Positions 41,731-62,253 of a DNA stretch of 64,000 nucleotides are shown here, piece by piece. Location: assembly GCA_963693365.1 (NCBI GenBank), contig CAVNZM010000017.1, forward strand, positions 6,500,708 to 6,564,707. Direction: 5' to 3'. Position 1 is the first letter of the stretch. Each line of letters begins with the position of its first letter. The translations under genes were made by a program, and so were the position numbers. The notes below the pieces were generated by a model. The model saw only the letters and a list, made by a program, of their open reading frames with translations, was not told where the DNA came from and ran no database searches. This DNA comes from Amoebidium appalachense. Taxonomy: Eukaryota; Protista; Ichthyosporea.

Positions 41731-43259
41731 TCTACTAGGGACGTACAGCAGGAGAAATGTATCCTGCCAAAGCTCCCAAAAAAAAAGTGCAATTGTTTTG
41801 GCCAGTGCTTGTTTTGACCGGCTCCCGCTTATCCCGGAATGAACCAGCCAATAGGAACGCTGTGTACGCCTGCTCATTGTTCCGGATCTGCTTTTCAATC
41901 TGAACGGAATGCTAGTAACATATTGGCGTGACAGATCACCAATAAGAAACACCAGTGCTCCAAATCGCAGACTATTCGCAGTTCAAGAATTCAAAAAAAA
42001 AATATTCGGTGATCACCGATCGATCGGCGGCCATCACTGCATGCCATGCACAACACAGAGCCCTTCATAAATACCGTGGTAATTGCAACGTGGGCAGGGC
42101 CAAAGGGGGAAAAATTCAGTTTTAAGTATATAGTGAACATGCAACACAGTAAGTACATATAATATTAGAGACTTATTCCAATCCAGGGCTTCCGTATGTC
42201 ACAACATGAGGTGGCATTCACTGATTGCCGCACTCAGGGGCCAGGGCTTCAAATGCGGCAGTCAACCGTTACACCGCCGGCCCTGTGACGCCGGGCTAGC
42301 CCGTCTAACGGCGGCCCGGCCACCAGTGCCCAGTGTCACGGATGATGAGAATCGATTAGAGAACACTATTAAAACAATACAGCGATGGAATACCATTATG
42401 TTCATCTTAGGACATTTTTGTATGCTGCCTTGTGGCATTATGAAGAAACCAGTCGGGAGTCCTGCGCATGCGTTGTTCAATGATAATGTGCCTGTCGAGT
42501 AAGAAATGCAAGCATATGTGGATCGAATATGGTCTACCAATAGGAAGCGCCTACTGCGCAGAATTTTCATTCTTAATGATATCACTATTTTTGGGGCTAT
42601 ACAAAGAATATTTCACTAAGAGTCTGCTACTGCTATTTGTTCAATATTACCAACATAGTAAATACTAACCTCATTCAATGATGTAAAAAAGCACTCGTAA
42701 GAGTATTGACGCACAATCTTTCAATAATCCAAATTTGCTTCGCTCATCTTTTTGAAGACGAAAAACTCGACAGTTGCCGATTCCTCAGCCGCTTTTCTAT
42801 TGGTTGGAAAAAGGCGGGGTGCTTTTGTAACCAATGAAATACGTTTAATATCACACAGTGTTCACACCTATTTGCGCGGTTTTGTCCACTCAGTGTGCCC
42901 TCCTCCTCCCCCGCATTTCTGTCAGTTTTTCTCGGCGTTTCTTCTCTGTGCACGCGTGTACCTACATTCTCCCCACCATCTAAATACAACCAAATACTAA
43001 ACAGACACCGTTATAATCTATAATAGCCACATACATTGTATATTGGGGTTTCTAGTTTACTCATGTTGTCTCATTCAAGACAGGTAGCAAGGCGTAGGTG
43101 CACATGCTGAGTGTAGTAGCACAATCGGCCCTCGGAAGATCGACACAAAACTTTTTATACAGCTCTGTTTTAAGTTTATATTCGCCACTATATATGGCTA
43201 TCTCACCGAACCTAAGTTTATAAACACAAGAAAGAACGCTTTCGAATATAGTTTTGGAC

Positions 43260-44297
43260 ATGGCGGCCCTGTTACCCTCACAGACAAACGCCATACACAC
43301 AGGCCTTCCTGCCACCCCCCTCTCACTGTTCCTAGAGCAAACTTTGGACGAGGCTGCACAAATCTCCGACACTCTTCTAGACATTTCTCCAAGCTACGAC
43401 GGCGTTTGCTCATCCCCCCCTACACCCTCCTCTGCGTTGAACCCCTACAACCTTTACCCATTCTCCTTCCCTACCATCTACCCTGTGACCCCCAGCCCCC
43501 CTCAACCAAAGCTAAAACCTGGTACCGGTGAGCGCATAAGTGGGGCTATTCCCACCCACACCCACGTGTTTCCCGGCCAAGATGTGTCAATACCGCTGCC
43601 ACCGGCCTTTCCCGCACTAACGGCCCAGTTCAACCCACCGACTTATCTTCTAGGGCTTCACGACCCACTGCTTCAACAATACCAAAACCAGGGCCTTATC
43701 CTGCCCTTTACGCAACAAGCACCCCACCAAGCCGCAACAAAACAGAAGCAGAGTCCCATAACCCCCAAGCCAACCGTAGAGGCCCCGGTAGCTAACCATC
43801 AGGTCATCACCCAAAACAATGGCAACAAAAGCGACGGCAGCTCGCAGAATGTACCCGCTAAAAAGTCGACAAGGAGACCACGCACCAAGCAGCAGCTGGA
43901 GAAGTGCAGGCAGGAAAGCGCACGTGCACGAGAGAGAAAGAAACAGGACAGACTGCGCCTAGACCAGCTCATCAACGACAAGACAAACGAGTCTGAACAG
44001 CTTAAGCAGCAGGTAATGTCACTGGAAAGTGAGGTGCAGCAACTGAGACAAGTTGTGCTAACGGGGGCACTCAGCACGTTGCAGACACAGCCGGGCACAG
44101 TCACGGCCAGCTTGGCCACACACGTGCTCTCGTACGTGTCTCAGCTGCTGCAGGGAAGCTGTGCACTGGCCCCACATCACGGCCCTCTCATAGTTACCAG
44201 CAGCCCTCCGGCAAAGCCCGTGCCACTGAGGGAGATACGTCCCAGGGGGATGGATGACGACAGGAATGGATCTGAACTGATGAGAGATGAGCGTTGA
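43260..44297 (+). CDS. Intronless bZIP transcription factor with an atypical basic region
   Basis: Long low-complexity Pro/Gln/Ser N-terminus; basic region KQQLEKCRQESARARERKK followed by the heptad zipper LDQLINDKTNESEQLKQQVMSLESEVQQLRQ. Confidence 0.85.
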   Translation: MAALLPSQTNAIHTGLPATPLSLFLEQTLDEAAQISDTLLDISPSYDGVCSSPPTPSSALNPYNLYPFSFPTIYPVTPSPPQPKLKPGTGERISGAIPTHTHVFPGQDVSIPLPPAFPALTAQFNPPTYLLGLHDPLLQQYQNQGLILPFTQQAPHQAATKQKQSPITPKPTVEAPVANHQVITQNNGNKSDGSSQNVPAKKSTRRPRTKQQLEKCRQESARARERKKQDRLRLDQLINDKTNESEQLKQQVMSLESEVQQLRQVVLTGALSTLQTQPGTVTASLATHVLSYVSQLLQGSCALAPHHGPLIVTSSPPAKPVPLREIRPRGMDDDRNGSELMRDER

Positions 44298-46039
44298 AAG
44301 TCTTATAAGTGCAACTATTGAGACCTAAGCATGTGATCAATCTACGTGATGTAAACATGTGGGCGTCCCTGTTGAGTTGTAGTACGGTAGTTGGCATACA
44401 CAAAAGGGGGGGGTGTCCGGGGGGGGCATCCAGGAAAAGAAAAAACTAGCTGCCCGTCCTGGTATTCTTTAGAAAACTGAAAAGAGTTGATGGAATGGGT
44501 GGCTGTAGCCGTCTGTTGAAGCTCGACCGGAAATGTACCGGCATGGACAAACCAACGTCACCTTTGGATAATGTAGCAGTTGAGTCGTACTATATATATC
44601 AAACTTAGTTTTGTTTTCTTGATTGTTACATCCTGCATTGATTGAGTACTTTTTGTGTACAAAAGAGGTGACTGACTTAATTAGTTTAGCTAAGTGATAT
44701 CTCACAATCAGTGATTCGTCGCTGTGCCTTCCTTCCTTGTTCCAACAAACATATATGTAGGCGCCTGTTTGAAGCTGTCCTACTACTGCACAATAAAAGA
44801 ACCGTATGTTTTTCTGCCTCTCATGAACCCATGGCATTGTAACTTGGTGCTCTCTGAAGTCAACTGTAACATGCGTGCACGCAAGATGGCTTGGAACAAC
44901 ACAATCGAGAGCTAAAATTCCTGCACTCGGAAAGGTGGAATTGGAAACACACATAGCTAGTACTGGGGTACTTAATCAAGAAGATTCGTGGTTGACCTTG
45001 CAACATGTGGCACAGAAGTGTGACAGCGCATGTGCGTACGTGCCTATGTGTGCGCCTGCGTACATGTGTGTACGTGTGTGTTGGTGGTGGTGGTGGTAGG
45101 GCTGCGGCAAGGGGGGGCGATTGGGGGGGCGAGAGGGGGAGGGGGGAAGGGGCTGGGTTGGAGCGGCAGAAAGGAGCCGAAGAGGAAATACAAGGGAGAA
45201 GGCACTTCGAAACAAAGACGTAACTCATACAAGTTTAAAGTCCAAGCTTCCTGAGTAGTATAGACCATATCCCATATCCCATGTACCATATCCCGACACG
45301 TGGATCTGAATTGGTATACGTATGCGCGCGCACGCGCAGAGCAAAGCTTTGGCTACGCCTACTGGTTTGTACAAACTATTAACACCAGTTGCTAGGAACC
45401 AGATCTGACCATGGTATAATAGTATAACCGAGAGGGAACTGGTCACCACCATCCAGACCTCACCACCGTCTTCCTCTCCGCCACATTGCATCATGAAGCA
45501 TGCGGCTAACTAACTATCGTTTAGTCCCTCACCAAAGAGCAACAAGTCGGGTGATAACAGTTGTATCTAATATTAGGGGGCCTTGGCGATAACACGATTT
45601 TCCTTTCCACAGAAATTTTACGCTTTTGGAAGGACTTGTGTTACTAACAGTCACACCGCTTCACCCAAGAAGTATATTTTTTATAGGCGATGCCTACCCA
45701 ACGAACACTTTTCAACTCCCTGACTCTCGGAGTCTGACTGAGATACATGGAGCCCTTTTTATATGGGTGGACCAGATCTAGGTTTGCGCAAACAAAATTT
45801 CTTAATTTCTAAAAACCACTTTAAATCTTTAACGCACGATACGGTTGGAATATAAACAAATGCAGGCTTCAGATCACAAGCATCAAAATGTGCGTGTTGT
45901 GCTACATCCACGTACTCGAGGCGATCCGTTCCTCCACGGGCCGGGCCGGGGGGCCGGCCGGTCGCTCAGTTTTAGGCACTCAGACGTTCATTTCTCTTTC
46001 TCTTCCCTACCACTGAAGCGAGCTAAGTGGTAAGTGGCA

Positions 46040-46390
46040 CGTGTGTATATAGACGTAGAAACAGGTGGAAACAGGTGGAAGGGAAGTTGCTTACAGGCAG
46101 GTGGAGAGCGCAGCGAGCAGAAGTTTGTGGTGGTGCGGAAGACTCGCGGCGAACAGAGGTGGAATGTGAGGATGGCGACCTGAAGAGTGTAACACGTGTG
46201 CACATGTTGTGGACCCGGAAGGAACATGGGATCCCCGAATGGGACGATTTTAGCGATGATACGGCTAGAAAATATTCGGGCTGCAAGGGAGGAGATGCGG
46301 CGGTGCGTCGGTTTGGGAATTTACGACAAGAGGCGGAGGTTTTCAGGCTGGCATGGAGCAGTCATTGTTGCAGAGTTTCCACGTAGCTAC
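46040..46390 (+). mobile_element. Possible degraded non-LTR element C-terminal fragment
   Basis: LLTGRW...C...CEDGD..VTRVHMLW resembles a LINE C-terminal zinc knuckle; weak match. Confidence 0.25.
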
Positions 46391-47393
46391 GTTGTCTTTT
46401 TCGACTGGGGAAGGTTTACAGAATATGACGTATCGTAGCACATATGCGGACACGACTTATCGTAAGGTGTATGAGGCAGCACGCACATGCACACCATTTT
46501 TTCTGTCTTGGAAATTACCAGTGACCAGGCACATACATTAATGTTCGGTTCAGTGACGAGGTAGCAAAAAACACGCTGGTAGACACGAAGGGGTCTGGTG
46601 GATGAGGATAATAACTACTCGCGGAGGCAGTTATGCGTGGAACACAAAATACACGGACTACCGGATTTATAGCTTTACTTTCCGAGCTCTCTCGGAGTCA
46701 GGTTAGGTTGGAATGCTGGGTGGATAAGCCCATGGCAGGGAAAGGCACGGGTGTGCGGGATTGGCAGGACTCAGTTGAGGATTGGACGCTTGACTCCGGG
46801 ACGTTTTAAGTGCAGGGGACACACAACAGCTGCACTATTATGACGTTCGTGTGAGCTGGTTAGGGAGGGGGCACGTGTGTACGTGTGTTGTGTCCCTCTG
46901 CACCCTCTGTACACACACGTGTGTTGCGCGCTGCAAGGGAGGAAGATTTTGGCGGTCACGGGACAGGCAGGTGGACAGCTGTGTAAATATGGTTGGGTTT
47001 GGGAAACATGTGTGCATGCTTGCAAGCATGCAGCTAGTGTTTCTGGTGCCTCTCACTTAAGGGAGTGGTGCTTGGTTGTATGTCGGGTTAGTAAAGTCGA
47101 ATGTTTGTGTACGGGCCTTTTGTGCATATCACCATCTAACTTCTTTTGTCTGTGTTCCTCTTCATGCAACCCTTTCTTCCCACCAACCTCCCCCCTCCCC
47201 CTATCCGTTTCCCTACCTCCTCTCTCCTTCGTCTTTTCCTTGATACACCGATGTCCGTCCCTTCTCTCACCCTCCCCCCTCCCGATCACACGCTCCCTCC
47301 CGCCCCCCATCCACCCCCCCCCCCCCCCCCCCCCCTCTTTCCCTTTGTTTGTATGTCCCTTCTTCCCTCCTTCTCTATATGCGCACAGGCACG

Positions 47394-49043
47394 ATGGGGC
47401 GCACCAACGGTTATCGGGCGGGTACCCGCCACATGTTCAGTCGCCGGTTCCGTCACCACGGGCCCGAGCACCTGAGCACGTACCTGATCACCTACAAGGT
47501 GGGCGATATTGTGGATGTGCGCGCCAACGGCTCCATCCACAAGGGCATGCCCCACAAGTTCTACCACGGCAAGACCGGCATCGTGTTCAACGTCACCCCC
47601 CACGCCGTCGGTGTGGTCGTGAACAAGCGCGTTGGGTACGTGTCTGCGTGTGTGTTAACGATTGTGTGTGTTGTACCATACTAGGAGAGGGAAGGGTGTG
47701 TGTGCGTGTGTTTGGGGGAGGGGGAGGGGGGGCTCATAGTGATGGGTGTTAAAGGAACGATTTTACGTGAAGATGTGTAGACATGCTGGTGTGCTATGTT
47801 GGGTGCACGTGGCTGTGGGCAGATACATTGCTGTGATGGATTGAATTTTATTTGGGAAGCAGAACGGAGCTTGTGTGAATGAGTGTATTGGGTGGTGGTT
47901 GAACGGGGGAGCACACAGCACTCCTCATGTTACGATGAGTGCTCCCACCAGCACACATTTGGAGACCTCGTGTTTGGGGGAAAGGGTTCGATATTTTGTG
48001 GACGGGGGGTGTGTGTGTGTGGGGGGGGGGGGGGGGGGATTGTTTTTGTGGGACACAACAGGGGAACTGACAAGCAGATTCATCGACGTGCGTGCACTCT
48101 GCTTGACACGTGCATGTGCACACACACTGCTCCTACATCTCCACACACATCTACACGTGTATACACGCACACATGGTTTCACAGTCTTGATGCACAGATC
48201 CTACACATACCTATACACACACACGCCTGTAGGGTGGTGCATATGCAAGTGCATGGCAATATTTTGACATGCACACATCTGCATCACACTTCGGACACCC
48301 TTCACACCACATGTTTGTTCCCAAATGCGTGCTGCCTACACGTGTTGTGTGGATTCATGTATACGGCCCGTTCTTTTCTCTGTTGCAGTCGTGCATTTCA
48401 CGTCGTTTCTTATTGCCTATTTTCTGTCCGTTTTTTTGTTTGTGTATGACATGCATTTTATCTACACACAGTTCAATGTTTTATGCACCACACACCGTCA
48501 CTACCCTTAATTCTCTCTACCCTGTGTATGGCCAAACCTGTTCCCGCACACACACACACGTGCACACACGCTTGCACACATATACACCCAACGCATCATC
48601 CATGGCACACATGCACAGTCACAGACGTGTGCACAGACTACACACATTTACTCAAGGACACACCTTGACCAACACCCCTTCCCCCACGCCCCATCTTTTT
48701 CATCATAACTGTGTACTTTGTACTCTGTAACACATTCTAACAACTCCTCCCCCCCCTTCCTCCTCCTCCTCCCCTCCCAAACACACACACCCACACCCAC
48801 AGCAACCGCATCATCAAGAAGCGTGTGAACCTGCGTGTGGAGCACATCCAGCACTCTACGTGCCGTGACGAGTTCCTCAACCGCGTGAAGAAGAACGAGG
48901 AGATCAAGAAGGCCGCCAAGGCAAAGGGCGAGACGGCCCACACCAAGCGCGTGCCCCGCCAGCCCCGCACTTCACACACGGTCACCACGGCACACAATGC
49001 CCCCGAGCGCATCACCCCCGTGCCCTATGGCGGTCTGGCTTAA
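47394..49043 (+). CDS. RPL21: 60S ribosomal protein L21 (eL21); exons 47394-47635 and 48803-49043, with a probable 5'-UTR intron ending at 47388
   Basis: [20 protein letters not shown]...[12 protein letters not shown]...VNKRVG|[18 protein letters not shown]...; canonical GT-AG intron. Confidence 0.97.
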
Positions 49044-50090
49044 GCGTGGGCTGGTCCTACTTGGTAAATGGGATTATATGCGCAAAAGAATGTGCAGGTG
49101 GTGTCGTTGATGCTGCGTGTGTTTGGTGGTGGTGGTGGTGGTGTGGAGCCCCGGTCCCCGGGGGGGTGGGGGGGGAAGGGGGGGAGGAGGACGGATGAAA
49201 AATGAGGTTGATGGCAGGCGTGGGGTGGGTAGGAGAGGGAAAATGGTGGTCTGGGAGAGTGGGTGAGGGGGGGGGTCTGATCAGGAAGGGCCCGACAACC
49301 CGACCGTGCTACCAGTGGACTTTATCGGTCGAGTTTACTTAATATCAGTGGTGGCCACCCGGAGGGGGGGGGGGGGGGGGTAGCTCGAAGGAACACCTCA
49401 GAGGCTTGCACACGTGAATCGAATCAGGATTAGCGGGTCAAGTTGTCGGCCAAGCCACAGCCAGCATTCTTTTCATTCTTTGGGGGGGAGGTGTGGTGTA
49501 AAGTTAGTGGTGGGGCTGTGCGCCATCGCGGTGGCTTGGGCGCCGGGTCTGGTAGTCCGTGCTTATGTGCATGCGCATGGCCAGGTTTAGGTCGTCGAGA
49601 GTGCACCTGTTGGGTTTCCGTCATGAACCCATGCACGGTGCCTGAGAGAGCTCAGTGTTGGTGCCATGGTGTTCAACTTGACAAATTTCTCAAAAGTTTA
49701 CAGCCGATGTGTCCTCCCACTCTACACCCGAGGTTTCCTCCAACTCTACGGTTTCCGGATTCCTGACAACTCCATGGCCAGTCTTGAGGCAACAAACACA
49801 AGCCAGACTTATTCAGCTACGCTAGGGCTCTAGCTCGACAAACTCTTGTACTCCTAGCAATTCGCCTGGTATCAGCAACCTGAAACCATAGGGCGAGTTT
49901 ATTGATGCGTATCCTGCGGTTACACAGCACACGCATAAATTACTTACTTAGGAGTGCCATAGTCCATGTTATAGTTATATATGAGCGGTAGCAGCGAATA
50001 GGGATAAATAAAATTTCCTTAGGTGGACATCAGCCCATTCACTGTTATTGGCGTGTTCTGTGGGCGCCAACCAAGTGGCCACTTGCGAGA

Positions 50091-57077
<6,987 letters not shown>

Positions 57078-57482
57078 CGCCCCTTGGCCGTCTAGACTAG
57101 GGTTTTTTAAAATTAATCTTGGTTTTAAATATTATATAAAATCTTCAGGGATGCTATCAGTGAATCAGATAATGACAGTAATAGTTATTTCTGCGCAAGT
57201 CGTGAATGTGTCTGCTTCCTTAGTCGAATGTTTTGGTGATATGTTCTGTTTTATCCTGAACAGGCACTGTAATAAAATATATGGTCACTGATGTTTCGGT
57301 CGTGCCCATGCTTCCTTTCACCGTCTGCGTGTTGTTTTATGAGCACAACCGTGCTGTTGTATCAAATTTTACTCGACCATTTACTCATTCTAACTTGATT
57401 TAACCCCTATCCGCACATATACTAAGTTTGCATGCACGCAAACACAAACCTACACACAAACACACCCATACACATACGTATG

Positions 57483-57564
<82 letters not shown>

Positions 57565-57571
57565 CAAATAC

Positions 57572-57608
<37 letters not shown>

Positions 57609-57833
57609 CACACACACACACGCACGCACGCACGCACGCACGCACGCACACGCGCGCGCGCGAGCACACGCACACACACACTGTCACACAGTCACACACT
57701 GGCACACACACACAGTCGCCCACGCATAAGGCTTAGCACACGCACATGCATGCACACATACACTCTCTCTGTACACACTGTGCCTGACACACACAACAGG
57801 GCCCAACCACGTCGGCAGAGTCAACTTGCAAAA

Positions 57834-57912
57834 AGCAGAATAATTCTGCTAAAGGCGAAATTATTCTGGAAAAAGCATAATCACTCTGCTTTGTAGTGGA
57901 ATTATTCTGCTT
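57834..57912. repeat. Short array of AGCAGAATWATTCTGCT-like palindromes
   Basis: About 4 copies; the flank aaaggcg is the reverse complement of cgccttt in the 30.7-kb array. Confidence 0.65.
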
Positions 57913-58315
57913 TTCGTGTCGATGCCCCTGCCGCAGAGGTGGGGACCCTATGGAAGAATTCGGCTGTTTTCAGCGAGTTTTGCAACCCTGCAACCCTCTG
58001 CGATTTGAACAATCACTGCAGCTGTAGAGTCTGCGATTTTGGCAACCGATTCCGGGTCCCCTACATCTGCGATATCGATCGGTGTGTACCTCTGCAGAGG
58101 GTTCCCTCTGCGATTCGATTCCCCCCCCCCCCCCCCCCTCCAACCAAATTAAATGTGGCATCACCACCACGTGCTATGATATATGTATCACCACCCGGTA
58201 ACGTACTGCAGTTGGCCGGTTCGGGTGACCCGGCCGCGGCCCACCCTGACATCTGATTCATACTCGTGTACCGATTGAATTTCTTTTTTTTATAATGACT
58301 TCATTGATATGCTCA

Positions 58316-58743
58316 GCAAAATAGAAGCCATCGAGATATCACCGATATCTCGGAGAAGAAAATATAAAAGCTCTCACTCTCGGATACGGAGGAGATAAGG
58401 ACTTATTATTTCAGACACCCTAGAAAACTCGTGGTTCAACAGATAGTCAATAGACGTAATATCAGGATTATCTAAATAAGCCAGTCTTCTAATTTCTAAC
58501 GGAATAATCTGAGATAAATAAATACATCTATCTAAGTGTTTACGAGAAAAAGGTTCTGCACAAAAGTGGCACAAACATTTATGGAAACAAAGGTTACAGC
58601 GCCAAAATAAACATTTCCAAGCTATATCACAAGGAGGGGTTAGAATTGCAAAATCAAAATAGAAGCCGTCGAGATATCACCGATATCTCGGAGAAGAAAA
58701 TATAAAAGCCCTCACTCTTGGATACGGAGGAGATAACGACTTA
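58316..58743 (-). mobile_element. LINE-like C-terminal fragment bracketed by ~90-bp direct repeats
   Basis: CHFCAEPFSRKHLDRC...SIDYLLN; direct repeats 58316-58405 and 58655-58743 both contain cgagatatcaccgatatctcg. Confidence 0.55.
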
Positions 58744-58951
58744 AATAATCATTGGTGCTCTGTTGTTGATATTGCCTGGGAAGTTGTGCAGTGGCGTTGT
58801 AATTCTTGTTTTCATCGCCGCTGGTGCCACTTTTGTGCTGAACTTTTAATCGTAAGCATGTTGATAGGTGTGAGTGTTTATGTCGCGTTTAAATTTTACC
58901 TCTTTCCCTACGGGTGTCTGCTACACTAGCTGGCAATGTGAACACTTTAGA

Positions 58952-59502
58952 CTTTTTGTTGAATTCTGTTGGTCGTCACATTGAGTATTTATATGATTTT
59001 CACACAGTGTTCAGGTATCTCAGTATGCACTTGTTACTGGATAGGCTGATCGATATGAGGACATTCAGAAGTAGCGTTGGTGAATCGGGGGGGAAGAGGG
59101 ATGGAGGGAGGGGGGGGAAAGAAAGCATAAAGAGGGTGACCATCAGGTAGCCTAACTAAATGAAAACAAAAACGAAGAGACAATTCCTCCATACGACAAA
59201 CAGCAGACGACAATCCAAACATACTGATTAAGGGAGGCACAAACCGAGTACGAAACGAAGTGCGTAGCGCAGTACCCTGAAAATCGTCGAACTCGTTCAG
59301 CGCCATTGCCGCCTCGCGAGGTGGGGTGCAGGCCAATAGCGGAAGTCCATATTCGAAAATCGGCCGTAGAAAAGTTTTATAGTAGAGAAGAAGGTTCGCA
59401 GGATGGATCACAGACTCCTGTTGAAACATATAGGGGGGCCATTATATACATAAAATTTATCCAGTCATGATCCGATAGCTAAATATCGCGTATGTAGTGG
59501 GG
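58952..59502 (-). mobile_element. Non-LTR retrotransposon post-RT fragment inserted into the repeat copy shared with 41.1-41.7 kb
   Basis: LLLYYKTFLRPIFEYGL matches the conserved post-RT LINE motif; the empty site gaacactttaga|gggtttacac is intact in the 41.5-kb copy. Confidence 0.7.
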
Positions 59503-60529
59503 GGTTTACACACTTTTTATTGCGTGGACATTGCCGGAGGCCCAGCCACATTCGACGGCCTACTGCGTTTTCCAGCACAGCCAATCAAATGCAGCCAGTG
59601 ACATATGTACATGCTAGGCAACAATGAGCGCCATCGTAGGATCTGACACCCCTATTACATATTATGGGTAAGCAGAGGCTAGCATCGGTAGCTCCGACAG
59701 AAAGTTAAGGCACCGGATCACAATATCATACTGTGCAGCATTAATAAGGTGATCTAGGATAGTCATCTTAAAACGGATATATTGAGGAAGAGATGAAGAA
59801 AAGAGAATAAAACCGCCAATAACCTCCGGTTCTAATACATTAGCTAACAGGTTGCATTTATTGATAGATATGCAGCCGCGAGTAAACCGCCCCCCACACA
59901 TATTACACATACGAGCAAAGGCTTTGCCTTAGCCCATGGGATACTTACAGGCTATGAATAACACAGACACGAGACACTGTTTTGTCATTCGGGTTCGGTT
60001 ATTAGTTGTCTGTGCTCAGTGTACTTTGGTAGCAGCAAGTTGAACCCGCAAAGGCCCTTGCGCGCGTCCGTGTGGTTCGGATCCGGTGGTGGTCCACGCA
60101 TAAGAACACGGCTACAGGGGTTAGAAAACGCGGTCTTTCGATTGGCCAATGTTTACGAATGAAAAAGGATATATTTACTAAATGAATCCTCATCTTACTT
60201 ACAAGCACAGCGGCTTTTGCTCTGTATATGGGACCAAAACAGGCGTATGATTGTTTTTGATACTAATATAAGGAGAAATTGCTTTTTCAGTGTGTGTAAA
60301 GTAATATCATGCCGGCGCGCAAATATCAGGAACAGCATCAACGGGGTACTGTATGAATGTTCTGCTAGTACGGAAAACGCATGCTGAATATTTTTTATAC
60401 CTTGCGCGCGATACGATTGGCTGGAAATATTTCCGAATGCATACCATCATGGAACAAAAAGAAGTGGGTAAGTAGTACCAGAAATCAGTTCGGCAAGATC
60501 CGGCTGTCGGCTTTATTCTTCTATTCAAA

Positions 60530-60850
60530 AAGGTAGCTACTGTCAACAAAAGCATTACAAAAGAAAATAAAGACAGTTATTATTTCACGTAAAATTCATC
60601 ATGGAGTTGTGGTTTGTTGGCTGCGTACGGAGTTTAGAATTGTCGTGAACTGGTGGGACAGGCCGTCAGTGAGTCAGATTAAAAACCCATCGATGATATT
60701 CTAGGCTACTGATAAAGGCAGCTACTGTCAACAAAAGCATTACAAAAGAACCAAAAACATTTATTATTTCACGTAATATTCATCATGGATTTGAGGTTTG
60801 TTTGTTGCGTCCAGAGTTTAGAATTGTCGTGGACGTCAGATTAAAAAACT
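60530..60850. repeat. Diverged tandem duplication (~185-bp period)
   Basis: agctactgtcaacaaaagcattacaaaagaa...gagtttagaattgtcgtg...gtcagattaaaaa occurs twice. Confidence 0.8.
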
Positions 60851-62253
60851 CAATCGGAATGCTGCTTATTTGACAAACATTAGGACCGCCAATCACAAAC
60901 CGCCACTATATCCATGAGTTGGAAAAACCTTGCTTTTCCCTCTTTTTGTCGTAGGGTATCGAACTTTGAACTATTTAGGGCCGTCTTGGCAGCCTTTCTT
61001 CAACTTGAATGCCCAAAAAGGGGCCACAAGCCGTTTGGCCAAAAGGTACTTTCTTGTAAAAAAAATTCCCTCTGAGGGGGTCTCTGGTTGAAAATTCAAG
61101 GAAGTTCAACAAACCTCAGGAAGTCAGGGTCCCTCTTCGACTTTTTCGTTCGGCACAGTTATTTTAATAATGCCCGGTTCGTACGAAGGCTTTATCGCCA
61201 CGTTAGCCAAGCGAATCACCTGCAGTCTGGGCCAGCTTCCCTGGGTGAAAGGTATCGAGTGACATTCGATGTCACAAGGGAATTCGTGAGTGCCGTGCAT
61301 CCGGGTACTGCTACACACAGGCCACGGCTTTGTTTTGGTCACCCAACTACCACACCGTTCACCTAGTCACTATCTATAGTCATCAATTTTTGGGGTGGTT
61401 TCTTCAACTGTGACAAAACTTCTCAGGCTGGTCAGGATCTCAGGGTGGTGAGAGTAAACACCTCAGAGGCCAAAGAATTGACTGCCGTCATAACAATATT
61501 GCAAGGATGACCAACACAAGTGCCACCCTGCCTCCCCTGCCACGCAACATGCCAGACCCCGACACCGCAAACTCACCAGAATACATGAATAGCGCTTCGA
61601 GTACCGCCGGAGAAAGGTAGCTGGTGCTTGTGTGTGGCGGTGTGCTGCAGTATATGGTGTGTGATGGCATACAACTCAGAACTTTGCGACCGTCTGAAAT
61701 AGACTCATGGTCAGGGCTGATGCACCAATTACTTGCCAAAGTTGCCATGCAAAGTTCTCTCTTCATTGACGATTTGCGGTGAAAGCTTAACATTGTGTGT
61801 CACGAGTTTGAAGCGTGTGTGCCCGGTGTGTGCAAACTATGGCACTTGAGTGCATGGCCGGGCATAAATATGGGGGAGTGTGCCAGTTTGAAGGCCTATG
61901 CATGTGAAGCGGTCCAATTGAGAAGGGTTGCCAAGAGTCGGGGTGGGAGGGCAGGGCCCGGGAAAGGAGGCCGGGGACAGGGGGTGTGCCAGGAGGGAGC
62001 GATGAAGGAAGAGGGGGATAGCTAACAGGGAGAGGAGGACGGGGGCGCAGAGGAAGGGCATATTAGTAAATAGTGAGGCCAGGGAGAACGGGGCAGGCCC
62101 GCTCAACCCTACGAGTAGACCAGCTGCTAGAGAGATTGGCCCCCAGGCCGCCGCATGATATAACCGAAGCTGCAGCTTATTTGAACATGAATTAGCTTAT
62201 ACACACAAACCCCTCTAACTTATCATCTAACCCAACCCATTTTCCACGCACAG

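Noticed and set aside
47730-48070. Intronic snoRNA in RPL21, by analogy with vertebrates
   Set aside because: No convincing C/D or H/ACA box arrangement is visible; a covariance-model search would be needed.
60000-61450. Short ORFs suggesting a further gene
   Set aside because: No recognisable motifs or consistent exon chain; several stop codons.
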